DNA of 64,000 nucleotides, taken from contig CAVYTU010000014.1 of assembly GCA_963771465.1 (NCBI GenBank), positions 608,001-672,000 of the forward strand, given 5' to 3'. The DNA comes from an uncultured delta proteobacterium. Lineage in GTDB: Bacteria; Desulfobacterota; Binatia; UBA9968. The notes beneath the pieces are model-generated. The model made no database searches and was not told the origin of the DNA. It saw only the letters and a program-made list of their open reading frames with translations. Of the stretch, positions 42,002 through 50,236 are shown piece after piece (position 1 is the stretch's first letter; each line of letters starts with the position of its first letter). Position numbers and translations under genes: made by a program.

Positions 42002-43366
42002 ATGAATTCGACGCAAAAGTTGGCGCGCTATGCGCTCGAGCTCAAATACCGGCAAATTCCGCCGGAGGTTATCGAGCGCGCCAAGATTTGTATTCTCGAT
42101 ACGCTGGCGGTGTCGCTTTACGGATCGACCAAGCCGTGGAGCAAAATCGTCAGCGATTTTGTTTTTGCTTCAGGCGCAAAGGGCCGTTCTACCGTCTTCG
42201 GTAGCACGCAGAAGGCGCCGGCTGAGCGCGCTGCGTTGGCCAACGGCGCGATGGCGCATGCCTTCGAGCTCGACAACGTACGCCAGCCCGGTGCCGGCGT
42301 ACATCCGGGCGCTACCGGGTTCTTGCCCGCGTTCGCCATGGCGGAAGAAACGCGAGCCGATGGGAAAGCGTTGCTCACCGCGTTCGTCGCTGGCTGCGAA
42401 GTCATGTCACGGATCGGTGTCGCCGCGGGAAATTCCCTAGAGCGCAGAGGTTTCCACGCGCCAGGTTTAACTGGCACATTCGGCGCTGCGGTCGCGGCGG
42501 GGCGATTGCTCGGCTTGAATGAAAAAAAGCTGGTTAATGCTCTAGGCATTGCCGGCTCATACTCCGGCGGGTTGATCGAGTTTTCCCGCTGTCAGGAAGG
42601 CGCCATGATCAAGCGGCTCCATCTTGGCAAAGCGGCTGAAGGCGGTGTGACCGCGGCGCAACTAGCTCACCGCGGTTTCGCCGGGCCGGAGAGCGTGCTC
42701 GAAGGCAAGTTTGGTTTTTGCCAGACTTTTTCCGACTCGCCCAAACTTGAATATCTCACTCATCGGCTCGGTAGCGTGTGGGAGAGCATGAACATCTGCA
42801 TCAAGCGCTGCGCTTGTCATATCAACGCGCACGCGCCGATCGAAGCGCTGCAAGCGCTTCGCAGTGAATTCCAGTTCGAGCCGGAAGATATTCGCGAAAT
42901 CGAAATCGGCGGCATCGAAAAACTAATTACGCATCACGCCAACTACCGGCCGACGGATTTGATGATGGCACAGTATAGTATCCCTTTCTGTGTGGCATTG
43001 AGCGTTTACTTCGATCCGACTGACCCGGCGAATTTTGACGAGCTGAAACTCAAAGACAAAAAAATTCTCGCGCTGATGCGCAAGGTCCGATTGACGGTCG
43101 ACCCTGAGATCGAAGCAAAGGGCTGGGACCGTGCGGCGCGGCTGACCGTGGACCTAGGAAAAAAAGGGCGCCATACCAAGTTGGTCATTCATTTTAAAGG
43201 CACGCCCGGTAATCCAATGAGCGGCGCGGAAGTCGAAGACAAAGGGAGAAAATTAACCCGCGACATTCTATCGCCGCGGCAATTGGCGCGTCTGGTCGGC
43301 GCCGTGGCCAACTTGGAAAAGATCGCCGACGTGTCGAAGATCGGTGCGCTGCTGAGAACCGCATAG
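42002..43366 (+). CDS. MmgE/PrpD family protein
   Basis: AK.CILDTL, AALANG..AHA.ELD, HPG, GF.GP...LEG.FG, AQYSIP and GTP.NP motifs. Confidence 0.88.
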   Translation: MNSTQKLARYALELKYRQIPPEVIERAKICILDTLAVSLYGSTKPWSKIVSDFVFASGAKGRSTVFGSTQKAPAERAALANGAMAHAFELDNVRQPGAGVHPGATGFLPAFAMAEETRADGKALLTAFVAGCEVMSRIGVAAGNSLERRGFHAPGLTGTFGAAVAAGRLLGLNEKKLVNALGIAGSYSGGLIEFSRCQEGAMIKRLHLGKAAEGGVTAAQLAHRGFAGPESVLEGKFGFCQTFSDSPKLEYLTHRLGSVWESMNICIKRCACHINAHAPIEALQALRSEFQFEPEDIREIEIGGIEKLITHHANYRPTDLMMAQYSIPFCVALSVYFDPTDPANFDELKLKDKKILALMRKVRLTVDPEIEAKGWDRAARLTVDLGKKGRHTKLVIHFKGTPGNPMSGAEVEDKGRKLTRDILSPRQLARLVGAVANLEKIADVSKIGALLRTA

Positions 43367-44484
43367 TGAAGATTAGCGCAATCACGGCTTATCCGCTGAT
43401 TCTTCCCGTCAGTGAAATCTACGGCGGTGCCGCCGGCTTTCTCGAAGACTGCCGCACGCTGATCATCCGAGTCGAAAGCGATAACGGTGTTGCGGGTTGG
43501 GGCGAAGCGACTCAAGGCCGGCCCGGCAATACCTACGAGACCTTGGAAACCATGGACATCATGGTGCGCAAGTATTTCGCGCCGGGGCTCGTCGGTATGA
43601 ATCTCGAAGATACCGGCGCCGTTATCACTAAACTCCAGTCGACTCGTTACGGCCACCCGATCACCAAAGCCGGTGTCGAGATCGCGCTATACGATGCGCT
43701 GGGGAAATTCTATAACGTCCCGGTCTTTCGCCTCCTCGGTGGACCGTATCGGAAGCAGATTGAATTGGTCGGCGGACTCGGCATTGACCTGTCGGCGGAA
43801 ACGATTGGCGCAAAAGCACGGCAGCTTTGGCAAGACGGCTGTCGCGCGTTCAAACTTAAGATCGGTCAAAAAGATAGCGCAAAGGATATTGCCCGGGTAC
43901 GCGCGGTGCGCGAAGCTGTCGGCGACGATGCGACGATTCGTGTCGATGGCAATGCCAGCTATTCTTTCGTCGATGCGCGGGAAATTCTCAATGCGCTCAG
44001 TCAGTTCCGGCTTGCCGACGCGGAGCAGCCGCTAGCTCGCGGCGATCTTAAAAGTTTGGCCGAACTGCGCCGCGCGGTCGGCGTGCCGATCGCCGTCCAA
44101 GAGAGCGTCAGTTCCGCGGAAGATGCCCTGGCGGTCCTTGAAGCAGGAGCAGCCGATCTTTTGAAGATAAAATTGACTCACATCGGCGGCTTCCAAAAAG
44201 CTCTGCAAGTTGCCGCCGTGGTGGGTGCAAAAAGCCTTCCCGTGGTTGTCGGTCAAGGTAGCGCTTGCACACCATTACTCTCCGCCGCGGAGATGCACTT
44301 GCACGCCGCGTTGCCCAACGCCCAGCCGGGTGGCGAAATGACCGGCTTCTTACGGCTCGGCGACCAAGATATTTTTAGTGGCATTGAAGTCACCCGTGGC
44401 AAAGTAACTCTCACCAATGCAGCGGGACTGGGCATCGAAGTGAACCAGAAACGATTGGCTGACGTGGCGCTCGCCGTCAATTAA
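43366..44484 (+). CDS. Muconate-lactonizing-enzyme-subgroup enolase superfamily enzyme
   Basis: GWGEA, EIALYDA.GK, FKLKIG, RVDGN, EQP and KIK motifs. Confidence 0.82.
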   Translation: MKISAITAYPLILPVSEIYGGAAGFLEDCRTLIIRVESDNGVAGWGEATQGRPGNTYETLETMDIMVRKYFAPGLVGMNLEDTGAVITKLQSTRYGHPITKAGVEIALYDALGKFYNVPVFRLLGGPYRKQIELVGGLGIDLSAETIGAKARQLWQDGCRAFKLKIGQKDSAKDIARVRAVREAVGDDATIRVDGNASYSFVDAREILNALSQFRLADAEQPLARGDLKSLAELRRAVGVPIAVQESVSSAEDALAVLEAGAADLLKIKLTHIGGFQKALQVAAVVGAKSLPVVVGQGSACTPLLSAAEMHLHAALPNAQPGGEMTGFLRLGDQDIFSGIEVTRGKVTLTNAAGLGIEVNQKRLADVALAVN

Positions 44485-44514
44485 CACCTGCAAAACCTCG
44501 TCCCCTTCACTGAT

Positions 44515-44550
44515 TGCCTAGCTTATAAGCAGCTGCCGTATTTCTGGGCG
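44515..44550 (+). promoter_or_regulatory. Two putative NtrC-type enhancer sites
   Basis: Tandem 17-bp imperfect palindromes TGCCTAGCTTATAAGCA and TGCCGTATTTCTGGGCG, 75-110 nt upstream of the amt sigma54 promoter. Confidence 0.4.
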
Positions 44551-44623
44551 GCTAATCTTCTTCCACTCTCGCTGTGAACAACGCAAGTTGTTAAAAAACC
44601 GATAGACAAAGAAGTTGTTCCTA

Positions 44624-44638
44624 TGGCATAAGCGTTGC
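44624..44638 (+). promoter_or_regulatory. Sigma54 promoter of amtB
   Basis: TGGCAT-AAGCG-TTGC. Confidence 0.7.
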
Positions 44639-44712
44639 GTTATGGCATTTGCGCAACGCAATTGGTAACTTCTGGCGCCTAATTCTGTCGCAACAAACGG
44701 GGAGGTTTGATT

Positions 44713-46119
44713 GTGAAATCGAAAAAGATTGCTTGGTTGCTCGTTTTTATTGTATGGGTTTTTTTCGCCCCGCTGCTGGCCCTATCGGCTTCTGCCCAGG
44801 AAACTCAGTCACCCCCCGCAGCCGGCCCGGCGGTAAGCCCGTCCGTTCCAGCTCCAGTACCCGCGCCGAGCGCGCCAGCGGCTCCGGCAGCGCCACCAAA
44901 GGTCGATAAGGGGGACAACGCGTGGATGCTCACCTCCGCCGCGTTAGTTTTAATGATGACGATCCCCGGGTTGTTTCTTTTTTATGGTGGACTTGTGCGC
45001 AGCAAAAATGTTCTCGGCACGATCATGCATAGTTTCATCATGGTCGGCGTCATTACTATCCAATGGGTTCTTTGGGGCTATTCCGTCGCCTTTGGGCCTG
45101 ACGTTGGGGGAATGTTCGGTAGCTTCGCTTGGGTTGGTTTGAACGGTGTCGGCGCGGAACCTAATGCCGACTACGCAGCGACGATTCCACATCAGACCTT
45201 CATGATCTACCAGATGATGTTCGCGATCATCACACCCGCGCTGATTACAGGCGCTTTCGCCGAACGGATTAAGTTCAGCACGTTCTTGGTCTTCATGATC
45301 CTCTGGTCGACAATTGTCTATGATCCGCTGGCGCATTGGGTTTGGGGCGTCAAGGGTTGGTTGCGTGAAATGGGCGCCTTGGATTTTGCCGGTGGAACGG
45401 TAGTCCATATCAGTTCGGGAGCGTCGGCGCTGGTCGCGGCGATCATGTTTGGCCGGCGCATCGGCTACGGTCAAGAAGCGATGCCACCGCATAATTTGCC
45501 TTTCAGTGTGATCGGCGCCGGGCTTCTTTGGGTTGGCTGGTTTGGCTTCAACGCTGGTAGTGCATTGGCGGCTGACGGATTGGCGACCTCGGCATTCGTT
45601 GCAACCCATGTCGCCACCGCCGCCGCCGCTTTGGCTTGGCTTGCCATGGATTGGATCCGGGGAAAACCGACGATGCTCGGTGCGGCGAGCGGCGCGGTTG
45701 CCGGCTTAGTTGCGATTACGCCGGGTGCCGGCTTTGTCGGGCCGATGTCGGCGATCATCATCGGCGCCGTCGGTGGTGTGCTGTGTTCCATCGCCTGTAG
45801 CCTCAAGCCAAAGTTTGGCTACGACGATTCCCTTGATGTCGTCGGCGTCCATGGTGTCGGCGGCACATGGGGCGCGTTGGCGACCGGCTTGTTCGCTTCC
45901 AAAGCGATCAATGCCGCCGGCAACGACGGATTTTTCTTCGGCAACCCCGGCCAACTCTGGACGCAGCTGATTAGTGTCGTGGTAACGATCGCATTCGCGA
46001 TGATCGTAACCGCAATTATTCTTTCCATCTTGAAAGCGACTATGGGTCTCCGTGTTTCCGATGAAGAGGAGCGCATGGGCTTGGATCTGACGCAACATAA
46101 TGAGCGCGCCTATGAGTAA
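44713..46119 (+). CDS. amtB: Ammonium transporter
   Basis: FYGGLVRSKN, YQMMFA.ITPAL, DFAGGTVVH, GWFGFNAGS and DDSLDVVGVHG motifs. Signal peptide plus Pro/Ala linker; GTG start inferred from GGAGG. Confidence 0.95.
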   Translation: MKSKKIAWLLVFIVWVFFAPLLALSASAQETQSPPAAGPAVSPSVPAPVPAPSAPAAPAAPPKVDKGDNAWMLTSAALVLMMTIPGLFLFYGGLVRSKNVLGTIMHSFIMVGVITIQWVLWGYSVAFGPDVGGMFGSFAWVGLNGVGAEPNADYAATIPHQTFMIYQMMFAIITPALITGAFAERIKFSTFLVFMILWSTIVYDPLAHWVWGVKGWLREMGALDFAGGTVVHISSGASALVAAIMFGRRIGYGQEAMPPHNLPFSVIGAGLLWVGWFGFNAGSALAADGLATSAFVATHVATAAAALAWLAMDWIRGKPTMLGAASGAVAGLVAITPGAGFVGPMSAIIIGAVGGVLCSIACSLKPKFGYDDSLDVVGVHGVGGTWGALATGLFASKAINAAGNDGFFFGNPGQLWTQLISVVVTIAFAMIVTAIILSILKATMGLRVSDEEERMGLDLTQHNERAYE

Positions 46120-46216
46120 TCAAGCGATAGACAAGGCTGGTTCTCGACAAAAGAATGTGATAACTGAAGTGCGACTTAGAAATAAATTCACCAGTTAAGG
46201 AGAGGAGCCGAGCGAC

Positions 46217-47632
46217 ATGAGTGTGAAAGACGCCCTAGAGATGGCGAAGAAAAACAAAGCAGAGATAGTCGATTTCAAGTTTATCGACGTACCGGGGTTG
46301 TGGCAACATTTTTCGATACCGGCAACTGAATTATCAGCCGACGTATTCGAGCAAGGATTGGGGTTCGACGGATCGAGCATACGGGGTTTTCAAAGCATCA
46401 ACGAGTCCGACATGATTTTGCTCCCCGATCCCGACACCGCCATGATGGACCCGTTCACCGAACACTCCACGATTAGTTTTCTTTGCAATGTATTGGACGC
46501 CATCACCCGCGAACCGTACTCCCGAGATCCCCGCTACGTCGCGCAAAAAGCCGAGAAGTATTTAAAGTCCTCCGGCATCGCTGACATCAGTTACTGGGGC
46601 CCCGAGATCGAGTTTTTTATCTTCGACAGCATCCGCTTTGATCAAAACCACCACGAAGGCTACTATCACATCGACTCCAGCGAAGGGTTCTGGAACTCCG
46701 GCAACGGCGAAGGTCCCAATCTCGGCAACAAGATCCGATACAAAGAAGGCTACTTTCCCGTACCGCCGATGGATCAGTATCAGGATCTGCGCTCCGAGAT
46801 GGTGCTCAACCTAGAGAAATGCGGCATCAAAGTCGAAGTCCATCACCACGAAGTCGCCACCGGCGGCCAGACCGAGATCGACATGCGGTTTGACACCATG
46901 ACCAAGATGGCCGACAAGGTGTTGCTGTATAAGTATGTGGTCAAGAACACGGCTAAAAAGCGCGGCAAGGTGGTCACGGTCATGCCCAAGCCGCTGTTTC
47001 AAGACAACGGTTCCGGCATGCACTGCCACCAGAGTCTGTGGAAAGCCGGCAAGAATATCTTTTACGACAAGAAGGGCTATGGATTGATCAGCGACACGGC
47101 AAGGCACTACATCGGCGGCTTGATCAAACACGCCCACGCGCTGTGCGGTTTCATCGCGCCGACAACCAACTCGTATAGGAGATTGGTCCCCGGCTACGAA
47201 GCGCCGATTAATTTAGTTTACTCGGCGCGAAACAGAAGTGCCTGTGTGCGCATCCCGATGTACTCGACCAGCGAGAAGGCCAAGCGGCTAGAGTTTCGCA
47301 CCCCCGATCCGAGCTGCAATCCGTACTTTGCCTTTCCGGCCATGATGATGGCGGGGTTGGACGGGATCAGAAACAAGATTGAGCCGCCCAAACCGATCGA
47401 CAAGAACCTATACGAACTCGAGCCCGAAGAGGCGGCCAAGGTGAAGTCGATGCCGGGGTCGTTGGATCAAGCGTTGGACGCCTTGGAGAAGGATCATGAC
47501 TTTTTGCTGAGAGGCGATGTGTTCACCAAGGACGTGATCGAGACCTGGTTGGAGTACAAGAGAAAGAACGAGATCGATGCCATCCGGCTCCGTCCCCATC
47601 CTTGGGAGTTCGCTCTCTATTTCGATATCTGA
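46217..47632 (+). CDS. glnA: Glutamine synthetase type I
   Basis: [33 protein letters not shown] and adenylylation motif KNLY. Confidence 0.97.
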   Translation: MSVKDALEMAKKNKAEIVDFKFIDVPGLWQHFSIPATELSADVFEQGLGFDGSSIRGFQSINESDMILLPDPDTAMMDPFTEHSTISFLCNVLDAITREPYSRDPRYVAQKAEKYLKSSGIADISYWGPEIEFFIFDSIRFDQNHHEGYYHIDSSEGFWNSGNGEGPNLGNKIRYKEGYFPVPPMDQYQDLRSEMVLNLEKCGIKVEVHHHEVATGGQTEIDMRFDTMTKMADKVLLYKYVVKNTAKKRGKVVTVMPKPLFQDNGSGMHCHQSLWKAGKNIFYDKKGYGLISDTARHYIGGLIKHAHALCGFIAPTTNSYRRLVPGYEAPINLVYSARNRSACVRIPMYSTSEKAKRLEFRTPDPSCNPYFAFPAMMMAGLDGIRNKIEPPKPIDKNLYELEPEEAAKVKSMPGSLDQALDALEKDHDFLLRGDVFTKDVIETWLEYKRKNEIDAIRLRPHPWEFALYFDI

Positions 47633-47643
47633 TGACTAGGTAA

Positions 47644-48033
<390 letters not shown>

Positions 48034-48070
48034 CGACCGATTAATCTACTTAACCGGCCTTGGTGACCAT

Positions 48071-48114
48071 AAGCGAAAGCCCAATGCGGAGTACCGTGTT
48101 GGGCTTTCGCTTTT
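48071..48114 (+). terminator. Rho-independent terminator after PII
   Basis: AAGCGAAAGCCCAATGCGG-AGTA-CCGTGTTGGGCTTTCGCTTTT. Confidence 0.7.
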
Positions 48115-48479
48115 CCAATCTTGCTACCTTGTTATTTACCACTTACATCACTACCTCACGTCTCTCGTCACGAAATCGCCAATTGGATTTTGCATGGGTG
48201 GGTAACTCCGACTAATCATTCCAATAATCCTCCCGTGAGTCGCCTCCTACATCCGATTGTGCCTGTACGCGCACTGAGCAGTCGATATGAATCGTCGGCA
48301 GCCAATATCTGCGGTATCGGCGCTCAGTGAACAATGAACGCACGAAATGACAAACTTGGTTACTATTCGATCTACCAATGATCAAATGCGCGCATTTCGT
48401 GAATCCTTGTTTGGCACTCTAGCGGCAAATTTTCGTCGCCAACGTATTTCGAGCGAGGAATCGCGCCACTACATCTACA

Positions 48480-48494
48480 TGGCATGTACTCTGC
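48480..48494 (+). promoter_or_regulatory. Putative sigma54 promoter of the pilin gene
   Basis: TGGCAT-GTACT-CTGC about 40 nt before ATG 48535; a weaker TGGCAC-TCTAG-CGGC lies at 48412. Confidence 0.45.
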
Positions 48495-48534
48495 TTATCG
48501 GCAGATACAACAAATTCTTTGACGGAGGATATAG

Positions 48535-48999
48535 ATGAAAAAATCTCGATTGGTTTTGGCAGCAGTGACCGCTGGAGTAATGGCGATGAGCGCCGCCCCG
48601 GCGCTGGCAGCGTCAGCAAGCCAGCAATTCAACGTAAAAGCTACGGTGAACGCTAAGTGTTCGATCAAAACGGGTCCCGCTGAATACGACTTCGGCATTT
48701 ATGATCCGACAGTGGCGGCTGACACCGATTCCGGCGCAGGGTCGGCGGTGATAAAATGTACCAAAGGTACGGCCGCTACCATCACTCTTTCAAATCCAGC
48801 GATGTCTAACGGCACGGACAATTTGACCTACTCGTGGTTTCGCGAGGTCGGTAGAACGACCGCTTTCGGCAACTTGGTTTACAATTCAACCAGCAATGCC
48901 GATTATACCGTCGATTTCTTCGGACGTATCGCTGCTCTTCAGGACGTTGGAACGGGTGCCTACAATAACAACACAGCGACATTCACCGTTACTTACTAA
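48535..48999 (+). CDS. Spore-coat-U/Csu-type fimbrial subunit
   Basis: Signal peptide; VKATV..KCSI, FG.YDP, CT.GT, GRI.A.QDV..GAY and terminal VTY. Confidence 0.85.
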   Translation: MKKSRLVLAAVTAGVMAMSAAPALAASASQQFNVKATVNAKCSIKTGPAEYDFGIYDPTVAADTDSGAGSAVIKCTKGTAATITLSNPAMSNGTDNLTYSWFREVGRTTAFGNLVYNSTSNADYTVDFFGRIAALQDVGTGAYNNNTATFTVTY

Positions 49000-49024
49000 G
49001 CCTTAAATTCGCTTTGCTGATGCT

Positions 49025-49067
49025 GAAAGAGGCGATCGCCCACCGTCGTGGTGCGGTGGCCTCTTTC
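49025..49067 (+). terminator. Hairpin after the pilin gene
   Basis: GAAAGAGGC...GCCTCTTTC inverted repeat with an extended inner stem. Confidence 0.55.
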
Positions 49068-49327
49068 GGCTTCTTGCCTATTTATAAGCTAAGCTCAATC
49101 TTCGGAAAGTTCCTTCTCTCGATGCGTGCTCGGTGTTTCCGCGTCACGCTAATGCCCTCCTGCGTTCGTTGGTAAGCGGTTCGCTAACCAATACGGTAGT
49201 CCCAGGTGACATAGGATCATAATTGGACAAATTAGTTTTACATTGCACAGCCCGGTCCGGATAAGACCTCCTTTAGTAGTCAAGATTTTGACGTTAATTC
49301 AATAGCTTAACCATTCTGGAAAGCATT

Positions 49328-49342
49328 TGGCACAGTTACTGC
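49328..49342 (+). promoter_or_regulatory. Putative sigma54 promoter of chaperone-usher genes, with IHF-like site at 49297-49309
   Basis: TGGCAC-AGTTA-CTGC, preceded by ATTCAATAGCTTA (one mismatch to WATCAANNNNTTR). Confidence 0.55.
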
Positions 49343-49430
49343 TAAAACTCGCCAGACGGTGTCAAATGACCTTGTCGAACGCAGGGGCAGCGACTAAGTC
49401 GAAGAGCTCTTTTTGACCATTAGGAGAATT

Positions 49431-50198
49431 ATGATGTTGTTGATTTCGTCTACTCTGAGACGGTGCATGGCAATTTTGCTTTGCTTGTTCAGCTGGGCGC
49501 AGACCAGCGACGGGTTGGCGTCGTCGTTTGAGGTCTCCCCTATTCGCGTGACCTTTTCCCCTAGCGAGTCGACCGCGTTGATGACCGTTCGAAATGACGG
49601 AGATCAAAGGCTCCGCTTGCAGGTGAGCGTGATGGCTTGGAATCAAAATAAGCAGGGTGAAATGGTTCTCGATCCCACTGACGACATTATTTTTTATCCC
49701 AACCTGCTGACCTTAGAACCGGGCGCTCAGCGCAATCTCCGTGTTGGTGTCAATGGCGCTGTGGTAGCGCGAGAAAAATCCTATCGTATTTTCGTCGAGG
49801 AGCTTCCTTCCAACGTGAAGCTTCAATTCACCGGAGTGCGAATAGTTACCAAGGTCAGCATTCCTATCTTTATTCGACCGGCGAAAGCAGAGCATAAAAA
49901 TACAATCGAACGAATCGGGCTCCGGGGTTCCGATGTCACCTTCGAGCTCAAGAACCAGGGTAACGTGCATATTCAACCGCGGGAACTACGAGTCAGAGGG
50001 GTCGCTGCAGACGGCAGCTTACAGCTCGAGCGCAAAATTCCCGGCTGGTACATCCTCGCCGGCGGTTTACGAGAGTATCGCATCGACGTGTCTAAAACCG
50101 AGTGTATGAAAATCAGAGAGCTAATCGTCGAAGTGGATTTGGAAGACAAACCCTTCAAAGAAACATGGGTCGTGCCATCCGGAGCTTGCGCGCGCTAA
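49431..50198 (+). CDS. Fimbrial periplasmic chaperone (PapD/CsuC-like)
   Basis: VSPIRV, N.G, W.Q..G, L.PG.QRNLRVG, EKSYRIFVEELP, SIPIF and N.GNVH motifs. Confidence 0.85.
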   Translation: MMLLISSTLRRCMAILLCLFSWAQTSDGLASSFEVSPIRVTFSPSESTALMTVRNDGDQRLRLQVSVMAWNQNKQGEMVLDPTDDIIFYPNLLTLEPGAQRNLRVGVNGAVVAREKSYRIFVEELPSNVKLQFTGVRIVTKVSIPIFIRPAKAEHKNTIERIGLRGSDVTFELKNQGNVHIQPRELRVRGVAADGSLQLERKIPGWYILAGGLREYRIDVSKTECMKIRELIVEVDLEDKPFKETWVVPSGACAR

Positions 50199-50236
50199 CG
50201 TGAAATTGCATTAGCGCCACGATTCGAAGGTCATGC

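Noticed and set aside
48121-48172. Pyrimidine-rich, roughly 7-nt periodic tract after the PII terminator
   Set aside because: Too degenerate, and it lacks an inverted partner.
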